Assembly (NCBI RefSeq): GCF_006345805.1
Contig: NC_043015.1
Coordinates: 19,158,001 to 19,222,000, forward strand
Length of the DNA: 64,000 nt
Source: Octopus sinensis
Lineage: Eukaryota
Direction: 5' to 3'
Shown one piece after another: positions 35,701-48,480 of this stretch. The position numbers and the translations under genes were made by a program. Within the stretch, counting starts at the first letter, position 1, and each line of letters opens with the position of its first letter. The notes under the pieces were generated by a model, which worked only from the letters and a program-made list of their open reading frames with translations, was not told where the DNA came from and did not search any database.

Positions 35701-36365
35701 GTGAGTTTATTATGTTTTTTAAGCCATATTATATATTCATAGGTATCTCTAATAGTGACTTTGTTCTATTATAGCCTAAATATAGTCATTTTCCATTGAT
35801 AATATTTATTAGTAATTTTCATTGATAAAATCTATTCGTAGTTTTCTTTGTTAAAAGAATTTTCCATCTGTTTATTATAAGTTTAGTTTATGACACGATT
35901 TTTGAAAGCTAAGTAAACCTTTTTATTAAAGTTATTTTAATAATTTATGTTATATTGTATTATATTGGATACTATATAACTATTGATTGTTAATTTGATT
36001 GTATAATTATTTAGTTGTTGAAGATATGTATTTCATTATTAGATTATAACTGTATGTTATCTGTAATTTATTAATTAGCCAACGAGATATATATGAACGT
36101 TAAATAGTTATACGGTTCTTTTAAGATAGGTTATACGTTTATAATTAAAAGTTTTAAAATTTATAAATTTAAATTTTTAAAAAATATAAAAATATAAAAA
36201 TTTATAAATATAAATTTTAGATTTAAATAATTTAAATTCTAAATTTTATATTTTATTTATTTTGTATATTATATTAATTATATTTATTTTTGTTTTGGTT
36301 TATGTCCTTCACTGTTTGATTTGCCTAATAGTGGTTTTATCTCTAATTTGATTTATATTTATCTA
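32773..36365. mobile_element. 3.6-kb extremely AT-rich nested inverted-repeat element with a hammerhead motif (Penelope-like derivative?)
   Basis: IR 32836-33054 / 36142-36362; second IR 33740-34400 / 35428-36144; diverged ~670-730-bp tandem subunits in each arm; an extra ~60 bp at the left end only; microsatellite flanks. Confidence 0.7.
33138..33235 (-). ncRNA. Type I hammerhead-like motif with long stem II
   Basis: CTGAAGA (33226-33220), a 65-nt hairpin with ~20 pairs, then GAAAC-GTAC-GTA (33154-33143) with palindrome ACGTACGT. Stem I forms only as ATCAT/GTGGT with a 4-nt bulge. Confidence 0.55.
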
Positions 36366-36367
<2 letters not shown>

Positions 36368-36410
<43 letters not shown>

Positions 36411-36596
36411 CATATATACATACATACATATATATATACATATACATACATTATATATATGCATATATCATACATATATATAATATGCATATATACATAC
36501 TATATATATATATGCATATAACATACATATATATATATGCATATATACATACATATATATAATGCATATAACATACATATATATATATATGCATAT

Positions 36597-36628
<32 letters not shown>

Positions 36629-37017
36629 GCATATATACATACATATATATATATATATATATGCATATATACATACATATATATATATATGCATATATAC
36701 ATACATATATATATATATGCATATATACATACATATATATATATATATGCATATATACATACATATATATATATATATGCATATATACATACATATATTA
36801 TATATATGCATATATACATACATATATATATATATATGCATATATACATACATATATAATATATATATATGCATATATACATACATATATATATATATAT
36901 GCATATACATACATATATTATATATAATGCATATAACATACATATATATATATATGCATATATACATAATATATATATATGCATATATACATACATATAT
37001 ATATAGCATATACATAC

Positions 37018-37050
<33 letters not shown>

Positions 37051-37134
37051 TATACATACATACATATATATTATATATGCATATATACATACATATATAT
37101 ATGCATATATACATACATATATATATATGCATAT

Positions 37135-37177
<43 letters not shown>

Positions 37178-37602
37178 CATATATATATATGCATATATAC
37201 ATAGTATATATATGCATATATACATATACATATGCATATATATACATCGTCACTTAGCGATTCGGCAAAAGAGACCGATAGAATAAGTACTGGGCTTACA
37301 AAAATAAGTCCCGGGGTCGATTTGCTCGACTAAAGGCGGTGCTCCAGCATGGCCACAGTCAAATGACTGAAACAAGTAAAAGAGTAAAGAGTATACATAC
37401 ATATATATATATATATATGCATATATACATACATATATATATATATATATATACATATATACATACATATATATATATATATACATATATACATACATAT
37501 ATATATATATATACATATATACATACATATATATATATATATACATATATACATACATATATATATATATATACATATATACATACATATATATATATAT
37601 AT

Positions 37603-37633
<31 letters not shown>

Positions 37634-37744
37634 CATATATACATACATATATATATATATATATATACACATATATATATATATATATACACATATATAT
37701 ATATATATATACACATATATATATACATATATATATACATATAT

Positions 37745-37778
<34 letters not shown>

Positions 37779-38150
37779 ACATATATACATAATATATATA
37801 TATATACATATACATACATATATATATATATTATATATATATATAATATACATATATATATATATTACATATATACATATATATATATATATATTACACA
37901 TATATATATATATATATATACACATATATATATATATATACATATATATATACATATATATATATATATACATATTATATATATATACATATATATACAT
38001 ATATATAATATATATACATATATATACATATATATACATAATATATATATATATATAATATACATATATACATATACATATACATACATATATACATATA
38101 TATACATATATATATACATATTATACATATATATATATACATATATATAC

Positions 38151-38204
<54 letters not shown>

Positions 38205-38215
38205 ACATATATATA
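36368..38215. repeat. Compound (TA)n/(TACA)/(TGCA) microsatellite with higher-order periodicity
   Basis: About 1.85 kb of AT/AC repeats with recurring GCATATATACATACAT units. Confidence 0.95.
37247..37392 (+). mobile_element. 3' half of CORE-type SINE embedded in microsatellite
   Basis: TTCGGCAAAAGAGACCGATAGAATAAG...GGCGGTGCTCCAGCATGGCCACAGTCAAATGACTGAAACAAG. Confidence 0.9.
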
Positions 38216-38520
38216 TAATCATCATCATCATCATCATCTTTATTTAATGTTTCCCTTCCATGCTGGCAACCATCAGCAGAGTGGACTGAGTCCTTTTTAC
38301 GTGGCACAAACACAGGCAAGGACAGTATTTGCATGGCTTTATAGCTGGATGCCCTTCCAAATGCTAACCACTTTACAGTGTGGACTGAATACTTTTTATA
38401 TGGCATGAGCACTGACTGGGTCACTAAGTAACTTGCAAGACAAAAATCTTTTGAGAGGCGAGGGGGTATTGGAGGAGGTGATCTTGCGTCAGATGATGAA
38501 GGGTTAGAGTGTGACTGAGA
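38216..38520 (-). mobile_element. RTE LINE 3'UTR fragment
   Basis: (ATC)n tail followed by TTTAATGTTTCCCTTCCATGCTGGC..CTGGATGCCCTTCC, as at 19093-19260. Confidence 0.75.
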
Positions 38521-38574
38521 GACAGAGAGACAGAAACAGGTGTCTTGTTGTAGAGGAGGTACATGGTTAGAGAA

Positions 38575-38607
<33 letters not shown>

Positions 38608-39121
38608 GAGAGTGATCAATAACGAGGGCAGAGACAGGTGTGCTGTTGTAAAGGCTGGTTACCCAGCCAGAAGAAACAGCAAGAAAAGAGAGAGAGAGAG
38701 AGAGAGAGAGGAAAACAGCGAGAGTGCAAGAGAGAGCAGGTGACAAAGTGTCAGAACATAGATGGGATACTAGAGTAAAGGAAGAGAGAAGAATAAGCAA
38801 TTATCATATGAACTTTACATAGCTTTTTTGAAGCCTCAAAGCTGAAGTGCAATATATTTAGGGAAAACAATTATATTTATGTATACATACAGGAAAGCAT
38901 TACCAATGAGAAAACCTGAATGTGGGAAATAAAATCAAGGAGCATAATAAATAGTCGTAAAGGAGTTTTTTCTAAATGTGTTCACTTCAAGCGCTACCTC
39001 CTGGAAAATTGTATCTCCCCGTTTGCTGGTTAGGCCTTTTCAGGTCTATAAGGGTTGTTTTATCCTCTGGTTCAAGGGAGACAACCCGTCATCATTAACG
39101 TTTTTATATGTTAAGACTTAA

Positions 39122-39760
39122 ATAATTTTTTGTAACTAAACACTTTCAAACTTTGGACACTGGTAGAATGTGTCATATAAAACATCTTTTACTCTTAGCA
39201 TTTTTGAGAAAAGCTTATATTTACACAGTAATTTCACATTAAAATAGTCCTATTTCGGTAATTTCAACCAATCAGTGATGTGTATTCAGCTGAATAAAAT
39301 TACTGCCGTTGTTTGTCAACAACAACTATCCGCGGTGTATATTTCGTTTGTCACTGTTATTTATGTCATCGTTCATGTGTTTGTACTGGTTTTAGCTTTA
39401 AGGGGTTAGGGTGTTAGGGCTTTAGGGTTAGGATTAGGGTTTTAGGGTTAGGGTGTTAAGGTTAAGGTTTTAGGGTTAGTGTTAGGGTTTTAGGGTTAGG
39501 GTTAGGGTTTTAGGGTTAGGGTTAAGGTTTTAGGGTTAGGGTTGTCATAAATAACAGTGACAAAAGAAAAATACACTGCTGTAATTTTATTCAACTGAAT
39601 GCACGTCATTGATTGGTTGAAAGTACCGAGATAGGACTACTTTAACGTGAAATTACTTCATAAATATATGTTTTTCTCCAAAATGCTAAGAGTAAAAGAT
39701 GTTTTATATGACATTCTACCAGTGTCCGAGGTTTGAAAGTGTTCAGTTACAAAAAATTAT
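39122..39760. mobile_element. Non-autonomous TIR element enclosing a telomere-like array
   Basis: Imperfect TIRs of ~220-245 bp (39122-39368 / 39543-39760); central degenerate (TTAGGG)n at 39403-39543. Confidence 0.85.
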
Positions 39761-39983
39761 AATTTTTTTGTGACGTTGAAAGTTTGAATTTTTTGTCTTT
39801 GTATAGAGTCTGACAAGCTGTTCACAAGGCTTTGACTTTGTGGATACAGAACCTTTGGTAACTCTATGTCCAAAATTTAAATTTTGTTGTATTAATAACT
39901 GCTCTATTCTTTAGATGTGGTAACATTTGGAATATTGTCCAGGCAAATCTAGCTCAAGAAGACTAATCGAATTTACGATAACA

Positions 39984-40020
39984 AATGTATTTGAAGAGTC
40001 CGAAACCTAGGTACTAGATT
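39984..40020 (+). ncRNA. Degenerate minimal hammerhead-like motif
   Basis: AATGTAT-TTGAAGA-GTCC-GAAAC-CTAG-GTA-CTAGATT. Stem III palindrome ACCTAGGT, stem I 5 of 7 pairs, C3 to U, stem II only 1 bp. Confidence 0.4.
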
Positions 40021-40189
40021 ATCCGATTCTGGTTTATCCATTCATCTAATGTTCTTCATAGAGGTAAGCCGAAATTTTTTTATGTTCGCTACCCCCACAC
40101 GTCTTTGCCAGTATATACACAGTCGGGTTTTACTATAGCGTCATAAATTTATCGACTGCTTTATTGTACCACTACTCTATATTTATATG

Positions 40190-40408
40190 CATATATATAT
40201 ACATACACACACACATACGAGCAGACATACACACATATCTACACATACATACACAAACACACAAGTACAAATGTATATATATATATGTGTGTGTGTGTGT
40301 GTATATATGTATAGATATATATGTGTATACATATATATATGTGTGTGTGTATATATATATATATATGTGTGTGTGTGTGGTATATATATATATATATATA
40401 TATATATA

Positions 40409-40447
<39 letters not shown>

Positions 40448-40891
40448 AATATATGCACACACACTCACACACATGTGTATACTACATGCATTCATACACA
40501 TACTGATATATATATATTCTTATATTTATACATGTATACACACCTACATATATACATACCTATATACAAATTTGTACATACATGTATACAGCTACCAACT
40601 TATACATACATAGGTACAGATTTGAGAGAAGTAGACAAATAGATATGTACAAATATTAAAGTACATATATATATATATGTACAAAATTATCATTGTGTTG
40701 AATAAAGACTAGTGCTAAATCTATCTTCCATTTCCTTCCTCAATTATTATTATCTCAACTAACACTACGGAATTTCTGACATGGATCCAGAGATCCATAG
40801 GAAATATATTCCCACTGTTGATGACACCAGGTAGCCAAAACTGTTAACATGATTTACTCAACAGATACCCATCAATCCCCAAAACTTACAA

Positions 40892-40980
<89 letters not shown>
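40190..40980. repeat. (TA)/(CA)/(TG) microsatellite tracts
   Basis: Direct inspection; ~40690-40880 is non-repetitive. Confidence 0.85.
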
Positions 40981-40999
40981 CAAAATAAAGAAAACTAAT

Positions 41000-42330
41000 G
41001 TAATATCTGCTATTGATGTAATGGGCTTAAGCTCAGCCACAGGTCCTAATGAATTCCCAGCAATCCTTCTAAAAGAATACAAATGAGCCCTAGCAAGACC
41101 ACTGCAGATCCTCTTCCAAAGCAGCTTTGCCATGGTAGACTTCCCAGAAAGTTAAAGGAGGGCATATTATGTCCTATCCATAAAGGCAGAAGTAGAGCGA
41201 ATGCTAAAAATTACAGGCCTGTCTAACTTCACATATTAGTAAAGAAATGGAAGCTGATCACATTCCTAGACTTGCTTTCTGACACCCAACATGGCTTCTG
41301 ATCAGGTATAAGCTGCTTTACATAGTTTATGAAGCATTATGACTAGGTGTGACAACATATGACAACATATGGCAGCATTATGACAACATATGAATTGCTC
41401 AAACAGGGATGTGATATATCTTGATTTTGCAAATGCCTTTGATAAGGTTGATGATGGGATAACATATCACAAACAACATGGATTTGGCATAGTTGGAAAA
41501 CTGGGAAAGTGGTTATATGACTTCTTAAAAGAAAGAAGCCAGGTTGTAGCCACCAGTGAAGCCCCTTCAAAGGAGGCATTAATTGTGAGTAGAGTGCCAC
41601 AGGGAACTGTCTTGGACCACTGCTGTTATGTGGTGGATCTCTCAAACTTACTATCAGTTATACTGGCAGCCACTCTCACTAGCTATGCTGGTGATACAAA
41701 AGTAGCACAATCAATCAATGAAACAACATGCAGTTAAATGCAAGAAAATTCTAATCCCTCCACTATCAGCTAGATTGTGTCAACACACTGCATGAAAGAT
41801 ATTTCAGACCAGAAGGACCAGCAATCCCAAAAGCAAAATCAGTGCATCACCTGGAAATTGATATGAAAAGCGATATTTGGTTTCATGTCATATTACTAAG
41901 ATGGTGGAAACATGCAGGTAGATGGCTGGCTGGATTCTGAGAACTTTCAGGACTATGCTGGTCCTTTGGAGGACGTTAGCTATCCACTATTTGGACTACT
42001 AATCTCATCTATGGTCACGCCATTGAATCAAACTAATTATAGAACTTGAAAAAATTCAGAAGTGCTATACCAAGGAGATTGCTTCACTGAGATAGTTGAG
42101 CTACTGGAAGAAGTTAAACAAAGGCAGGGAAGATATGCAGGGAACAAAGGCTGGGAAAATTCTGGCAGGTCTGGAACCAAACTTTGGCATTGAGTGTTTT
42201 ACAACCTCCCAAACAGGATGCCACAGAACAGTGCCAAAGGTCCCAATCACCCCGTATAGCCTGGGTTTCAAGGGGTCAGCAGCTCTTTAATCTCTTCAAA
42301 AATCCTGAGGAATCTATTGGAATGGGGTAG
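41000..42330 (+). mobile_element. Degenerate CR1-clade LINE (same family as 59990-60995)
   Basis: DVIYLDFANAFDKVD, RVPQGTVL and SYAGDTKV (41390-41737); downstream sequence colinear with 60200-60780. Confidence 0.8.
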
Positions 42331-42599
42331 ATAATTTCAAGAACCTTGACCTTCTGCTGTACAAGGTCTCAATTGGACCCATATTGCACTGAGAAATTGA
42401 AATAAGAGCAACAATATCAAACTCACTCATACATTGAAAGCCAACAACATAAGGATGGCCATTGAAAGGGTCATGAAAATGGTGGTACCCAGGATGGTAA
42501 CAGCCGTTGTGTTGGAATACATAACAATAAAGATACATATGCATGTGAGTGTGTGTATGTGTGTGTGTTTGTGTTTATGTTTATCCCCCACTTGCAAAT

Positions 42600-45131
42600 T
42601 ATAAATAAGTACGTGACAAGACGTGATTGGTCAGTGCAGCAGCACGTTGTCACAACAGACAATCTTACAGTGCCAGCGACAGCAGTATACGTTATCGGCT
42701 TATCAAGTTATCGCTTATCGTTGTGGAAGGTGAAGAAGCTTTTTTTTTCAGTCTGAGGATGAAGGACCTATTGAGGAGCCTGCAATGGCTGTGGACGAGG
42801 CAGAGGTCACTCAGGTTCAGAGCCATGAGTCTCAGAACCCGTGGTCCCATATGGAGAACTACTTTGTTCTTACGTCAAGGGATAATAGGAACGCCAAAAT
42901 TCTATACTTCCGGTGTGTTATGTGCCAACCCAAGGAGACCATCATCAAGGGACAAGTGGCAAACCTCTACAACTTGAAGTCGCATTTCAAGTGGAAACAC
43001 CCAGTACATGCCATCCAGTTTGAGGAGAGGATCAATGCTGGCTCTTCCTGTGGAAACACAGACAATTTTCTGGTAGCAGTGCAAGTAGCCAGTCATTTCA
43101 GCCACATGCTAAGAAAGCACACTAGCCTAGCATTGGCGAGGCATTTACCAAAACTACTGGCACTGACGTCCGTCAGTCTATGGTGAACAGAAGGACTGTA
43201 GACCTGTTTGTCGACATGCTACTGCTGAATGTAGTGGAGTCCCCCACCTTTGTCAGCCTGATCAAGACGTTGAATCCCAGCAAGACGTCGATGTCTCACT
43301 GTACCTTGGGTTGGATGATCTTGGCCAGCCAAAAACAGCTGGAGGAGTATCTTACAAGGTATTTATAAATTAGAATTATAGAAGTTTATTAAATTATTAT
43401 TATTATTATGGTGTGCTTCATATTTTCTTAATTTGATTTAATCATTTATCAAATAATTATTTTCTTAACTAATGTAATAAAATGTATAATATCTAATTGA
43501 AATAAATGTCATAATATATAATATACAGTATATATATATATATATTCCTCTCATGATTAAGTCTGCATAGCCAAAACAGCAGTCTTTAATGAAATAATGA
43601 ATAAATGAACCTTAAGTTCTGAAGTTATCGAATTCCGTTCATCATTCCACCCACCCACCCTATCTCGGTTATTCACCTCCTCATGTCACCTAACAGGTTT
43701 GTGTCACTAATTTCAAAAGTGTAATAACAAGGCTTTAAATTATAAGCAATATTTTCATGAATTTAGAACAGCCTAGTAACAAATGTTAAACTACAATCTG
43801 CGTGATTTCTATAAACAAAACTATGGTTATAAGATACGGCGATCAAATGCCTTACCTCCTTCCTACCTACGAAAACTTGTACAAATCGCATGTTCACACA
43901 AACCATTGTAGCTTGTATGGAGATGCGGATGAGAGGGTAGTTTTGGGTTTTTTTTTTAGCAGGCCTTGATCATACTCTGCGTCAGTTTATCTACTATACA
44001 ACTGGAAAATCGGTGTGTGTGTTTGTTTGTGGCGTTGTTAGCTAACTCCTCCTACATCGCTTTATTGATTTTGATGAAACTTGACACGTGAATAAAACTA
44101 ATGTCTGGAAACCTCGTGACATACTTAGATTATTGAAAAAATCGATAATAGGGCTCCTGGAAGAGACCTTTATATCTACCGCATATAACTAATTTTTTAA
44201 ATATTCAAGGAAAATAACCCATAGCACCTGTACAATAGTACCTGTACAACATTCAAGGGAAATAACCCATTTCATTGTTTATGTTCGATTACTGTGAAAA
44301 TTGATTTTTTGAGTGTCCTATTTCTAATTTTTGCAGACAATATCACTTTTATACTTTATTTGACACGTGAGTAGAACTCATGTCTGGAAACCACGTGACA
44401 TACTTAGATTGTTGAAAAAAAATTATAATAGGACCCTTCCAATGGATCCTTCTATCTACCACATATTACTAATATTTCATTTAAACAACCCATACCACCT
44501 GCAGATTTTAGCGAAGCGAATAATATTTAATTCTCACGATCAGCCAACCTAATTCTGCATTTCACTACTCACAGTTTTGAACTGCTAATCATTATTATTG
44601 CACTTCCTTAAGTTGAATCTTAATCCTTAAAGACTTCATTCATACATACTTTTTTGAATGTCCATTACTCCGATAATTCTGCATTTTTACAGTTACCCCT
44701 TTTCCATGACAGTAGATAAATTTTTTATTCCACAACGCATTTGTAGTGGCTTCATGCAAGCACAGCATTGATTCGATCCTCGATTGCCAAATTTCACTTA
44801 GCACTTCAACAGCGCTTTTCTCACGGTAAAACAATATTTTTTCTGTGAATGATAGCAGTTCCAGATGCCTTCGCTAAGCAGAATAATGTCTTTGCCTCTC
44901 GCCTACCTCCACAACCTCTCTCACCAACCTCCAACAATCTTTCTTGCCAATCTCCGAAAACCTCTCTCGCCAACCTCCAACAATCTCACCCTCCTCCAGC
45001 TGACAGTTTTTTGTACTTTTTCGTGATGGAAGTTATGTGGCAGTTATGAGGAAATTGCTTTCTTATATCAGAGTAACAAAACGTTTCAATAGAACATCTT
45101 TACCTCCGAAAATTACCGGGTATACAAGCTA

Positions 45132-45167
<36 letters not shown>

Positions 45168-46455
45168 AATTACAGATTGCTCAAGGATGTCCTCTGAGTG
45201 GCGACCACCACGGACTACTGGCCGCTCCACAATACGTTTTACCTGGGGATGACGGCACACTGGCTGGATCCAAAGACCTGCACGGCACAACACGCCGTCC
45301 TGGCCTGCTCTCGGCTCAGAGGACATCACTCATTACAAGTTCCATCTGCAAGATAAGGTGACCAGGACTATGACGGACAATGGCAAAATCTTTGTCATGG
45401 TATTTATGCAGTTTAGTACAGAAGTTGAACTCTTGCCAGACATTCCTGAGGCTGCTGCCGATCCGGACGTGGAGAGTGTCGAGAATGTGGACCTGGGTAT
45501 GGATTCCGAGGCTTGGGATGTGGACGAAGTTGAGTACATCTCTGTTGATGCCATCCTTGACAAGTCTTGCAGCCTGGTCCTCAACCTGCCAGTGCACATG
45601 AAGGGCGCAGCCCATATCTTCTATTTGGTAACCAGCGTGGATGCTGATAGGGCTCTTGACAGCACTTCGTTCGAGTCAACCTAGAGGAAAGTCAAGGCAT
45701 AGCAGCTGTGGGATCTGCAGAGCCGCAACACGGTGGTGACAGACAGCATTCTGGACGCGTTGAAGGAGAAGCTGGTGGTTCCTAGTAGTACCAGATAGAA
45801 CTCTACCAATGACTTTGTTGTTGTTCTCAACAACCTGCTGGAGAAGTACAGGACAGCTATCCACAGAGTGATGACATAGCTGAAGCTGCAGATCTTCACT
45901 GATTCTGATTTTGGCTTCCTGATGGAGTACGCCCAGGTGATGTCTAATATTGCCAAGGCCTTGGATAAAATCTAGGTGGAGGACCAAGCCTATCTCGGAA
46001 ACCTTCTGCCAACTGTAGCGGCTACCGCCATGAAGTGAAGGAAGCCGTGTTCAAACATCTTACTGCAGCCCAGTGGTAGACGCCATACTGGCAGGCATCA
46101 CGAAAAAGTTTGGACTCCTCCTAGAAGACTGGGAGTGCCAGCTGACTGCTACCTTCTACCCAAAGTTTTTCCTGTTCTGGCTGGAGCAGTATACTAACAG
46201 CCAGGTTAGCAGAGTAACGAACGCCGTGGAGACCGTCATAGAGACAGCCCTAATGGAGACCAATGAAGAGTGCAGCAGCACCACCAGCAATGAGGACGGA
46301 GGAAGAGCAGGATCCACATTTCGCCTACAAAGTGTAGTTTATCACCCGTCATGCCATATGCAGTTTTCGTTGTTTTTCTTAACATACGTTTCCCTATTTT
46401 CTTCCACGCGTCGGTGTTAATGATTGAAATGTCACTACCAGTATCCAGTTGTAAT
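42600..46455 (+). pseudogene. BED-finger hAT (Ac/ZBED-like) transposase relic with an intron
   Basis: BED finger PWSHMENYF..C..C..NLKSH..KH (42785-43186). GT-AG intron 43359-45175 joins in frame (YLTR|LLKDV). Catalytic-region motifs VATTTDYW..YLGMTAHWLD and MTDNGKIF; several stops. Confidence 0.8.
43990..44530 (+). mobile_element. Non-autonomous Helitron-like element inside the hAT intron
   Basis: 5' TCTACTATAC followed by (GT/GTTT)n and GATTTTGATGAAACTTG; internal ~280-bp duplication (44082-44240 vs 44360-44500); AGCGAAGCG near the 3' end; canonical CTAG end not seen. Confidence 0.5.
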
Positions 46456-46458
46456 TTA

Positions 46459-47358
46459 ATATTTACTCCATTGAAAGGGCGGCGAGCTGGCAGAATCGTT
46501 AGTACGCCGGGCGAAGTGCTTAGCCGTATTTCGTCTGCCGTTACATTCTCAGTTCAAATTCCACCGAGGTCGACTTTGCCTTTCATCCTTTCGGTGTCGA
46601 TTAAATAAGTACCAGTTATGCACTGAGGTTGACGTAATGAACTTAATCCCTTTGTCTGTCCTTGTTTGTCTCCTCTATGTTTAGCCCTGTGTGGGCAATA
46701 CGCAAATAAATATTTACTCCATTAAGAAGCCGGTGAGCTGGCAGAATCGTTAGCACACCGGATGAAATGCTTAGCGTAATTCGTCTGTCTCCACGCTCTG
46801 AGTTCAAATTCCGCCGAGGTCGATTTGCCTTTCATCCTTTCAGGGTCGATTAAATAAATACAAGTTGCGTACTGGGATAGATCTAATTGAGTGGTCCCCT
46901 CCCCCAAAATTTCAGGCTTTGTGCCTAGAGTAGAAAAGAATATTTACTCCATTAAGTCGGCGAGCTGGCAGAAACGTTAGCACGCTGGGCGAAATGCTTC
47001 GCGGTATTTCGTCTGTCATTACGTTCTGAGTTCAAATTCCGCTGTGGTCAACTTTGCCTTTCATCCTTTCGGGGTCGATAAATTAAGTACCAGTTACGCA
47101 CTGGGGTTGATGTAATCGACTTAATCCCTTTGTCTGTCCTTGTTTGTCCACTCTATGTTTAGCCCCTTGTTGGTAGTAAAGAAATAGGTATTTCGTGTCT
47201 TTACGTTCTGAGTTCAAATTCCGCCGAGGTCGACTTTGCCTTTCATCCTTTCGGGAAATTAAGTACTTGTTGTGTACTGAGGTCGATCTAATCGACTGGC
47301 CCCGTCCCCAAAAATTTCAGGTCTTGTGCCTAGAGTAGAAGAGAATACTTATTCCATT
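46459..47358 (+). mobile_element. Tandem cluster of 4 tRNA-derived SINEs (OK-like)
   Basis: GGCGAGCTGGCAGAA heads at ~46482, ~46730 and ~46958, plus a 5'-truncated copy at ~47190; the spacer ATATTTACTCCATT is repeated. Confidence 0.9.
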
Positions 47359-48480
47359 TACTTTTACTTGTACAAATTTCCTTATTTGGGAGTCGATTTT
47401 ACTTTTTGCCGAGAGCACTTTGAAATGTTTTACATTTGACAGTCGTTTTACATTTGTTCTGCAGTGTGAACTCATGTGTCCAATTTTATGACAACTGTAA
47501 CAATTTTGGTTTATAAAAGGGCAATCTTTTCTTAAATGTAGGCCTCCACATTCGTAACATGGATCTAGCAATCTTCTTTGGTTATACTTTCTCGGTCGAC
47601 ATATCTGTATTTTTGCGAAATCCTTTTCTCTGATTTTTCTTACGTTGTGTTTCAGGTTTACCATCCTTTGACATCTTCTGTAACAGTCTGCAGGTTTAAA
47701 TCTTGGTTCGCTTCTTCAAGTTTTGAAAGAATTCTTGCCCGTATTTCTGTATCTTCATTTGCTGTAAAGCCTTGTACAAAAATGAGGCTCTTAAACACAT
47801 CAAGAGTAAGTTCTTTAAGCTTAAAACTTTCACGCATTCTGTTAACTGTTCCTGCATAAAGTCATCATCATCTTTTTTAAGTAAATTCCAACACTCCATT
47901 TGAGTGTTAAATAGAGAATATGTTAAACAGTAATTTGATTGTTTCTTGAAAACAAATTTCCCTAGACTTCTTGAGCAATATAAAAATACAGTATCATTCA
48001 TGCTCAGACGGAGCTAATTTACATAATAATAACCTTACTTTTTCTTCGTCCGACCATGTCCTGCAATCTTCCTTAAAAATCTCCTTGTACCTCCTGTAGT
48101 ACTGTGCAAAAGTTATACCCACCTCTGGATTATAACTGAATTCTGTTATGGAGTGTGATACGCCATCTGGCGAAAACGAATTTGCCGCATTTTCGGACTT
48201 CTGTGCGTATAGCCCCACTAATTGTTGTTGTTGTTGTTTTTGTAGCTGTTGCTGTATTAGTTACTCCTGTTACTGTTCTTGTTGTTGCTTTTGCAACTGT
48301 ATTATTGAAGCTAATAGGTTTTCCGGCGATCTAACGATTCAACAATCTCTTCACGAACTGACAATCAATATTCCAAACGAACTAACCGACCGACACCTTC
48401 ACTCCGACTGCTACTATTTATAATCGTTTGGTCCAGTCTATTTCTCGGGAGAAGGCGTCGTGACTCTCACCACAACAGTA
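47350..48480 (-). mobile_element. Gypsy gag/protease fragment
   Basis: FSYNPEVGITFAQYYRRY (47994-48218), then CYECGGLHLRKDC and CYSCHKIGHMSSHC knuckles and FVQVKVNG (47317-47664). Confidence 0.85.

Noticed and set aside
32773-36365. Possible mitochondrial insertion (NUMT) or control region
   Set aside because: I could not recognise any mitochondrial tRNA, rRNA or protein, and its termini recur at 13255-13497 as a dispersed nuclear family. A BLAST against mtDNA would settle this.
36451-38152. Many long ORFs rich in I/Y/H/T/C/M (also at 40164-40642, 57843-58214 and 61236-62991)
   Set aside because: Translations of (TA)/(CA) microsatellites, which lack stop codons by composition; not genes.
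45070-45115. Minus-strand GTAAAGA-TG..TT-GAAAC-GTT hammerhead-like string
   Set aside because: The core is degenerate, and there is no convincing stem I or stem II.
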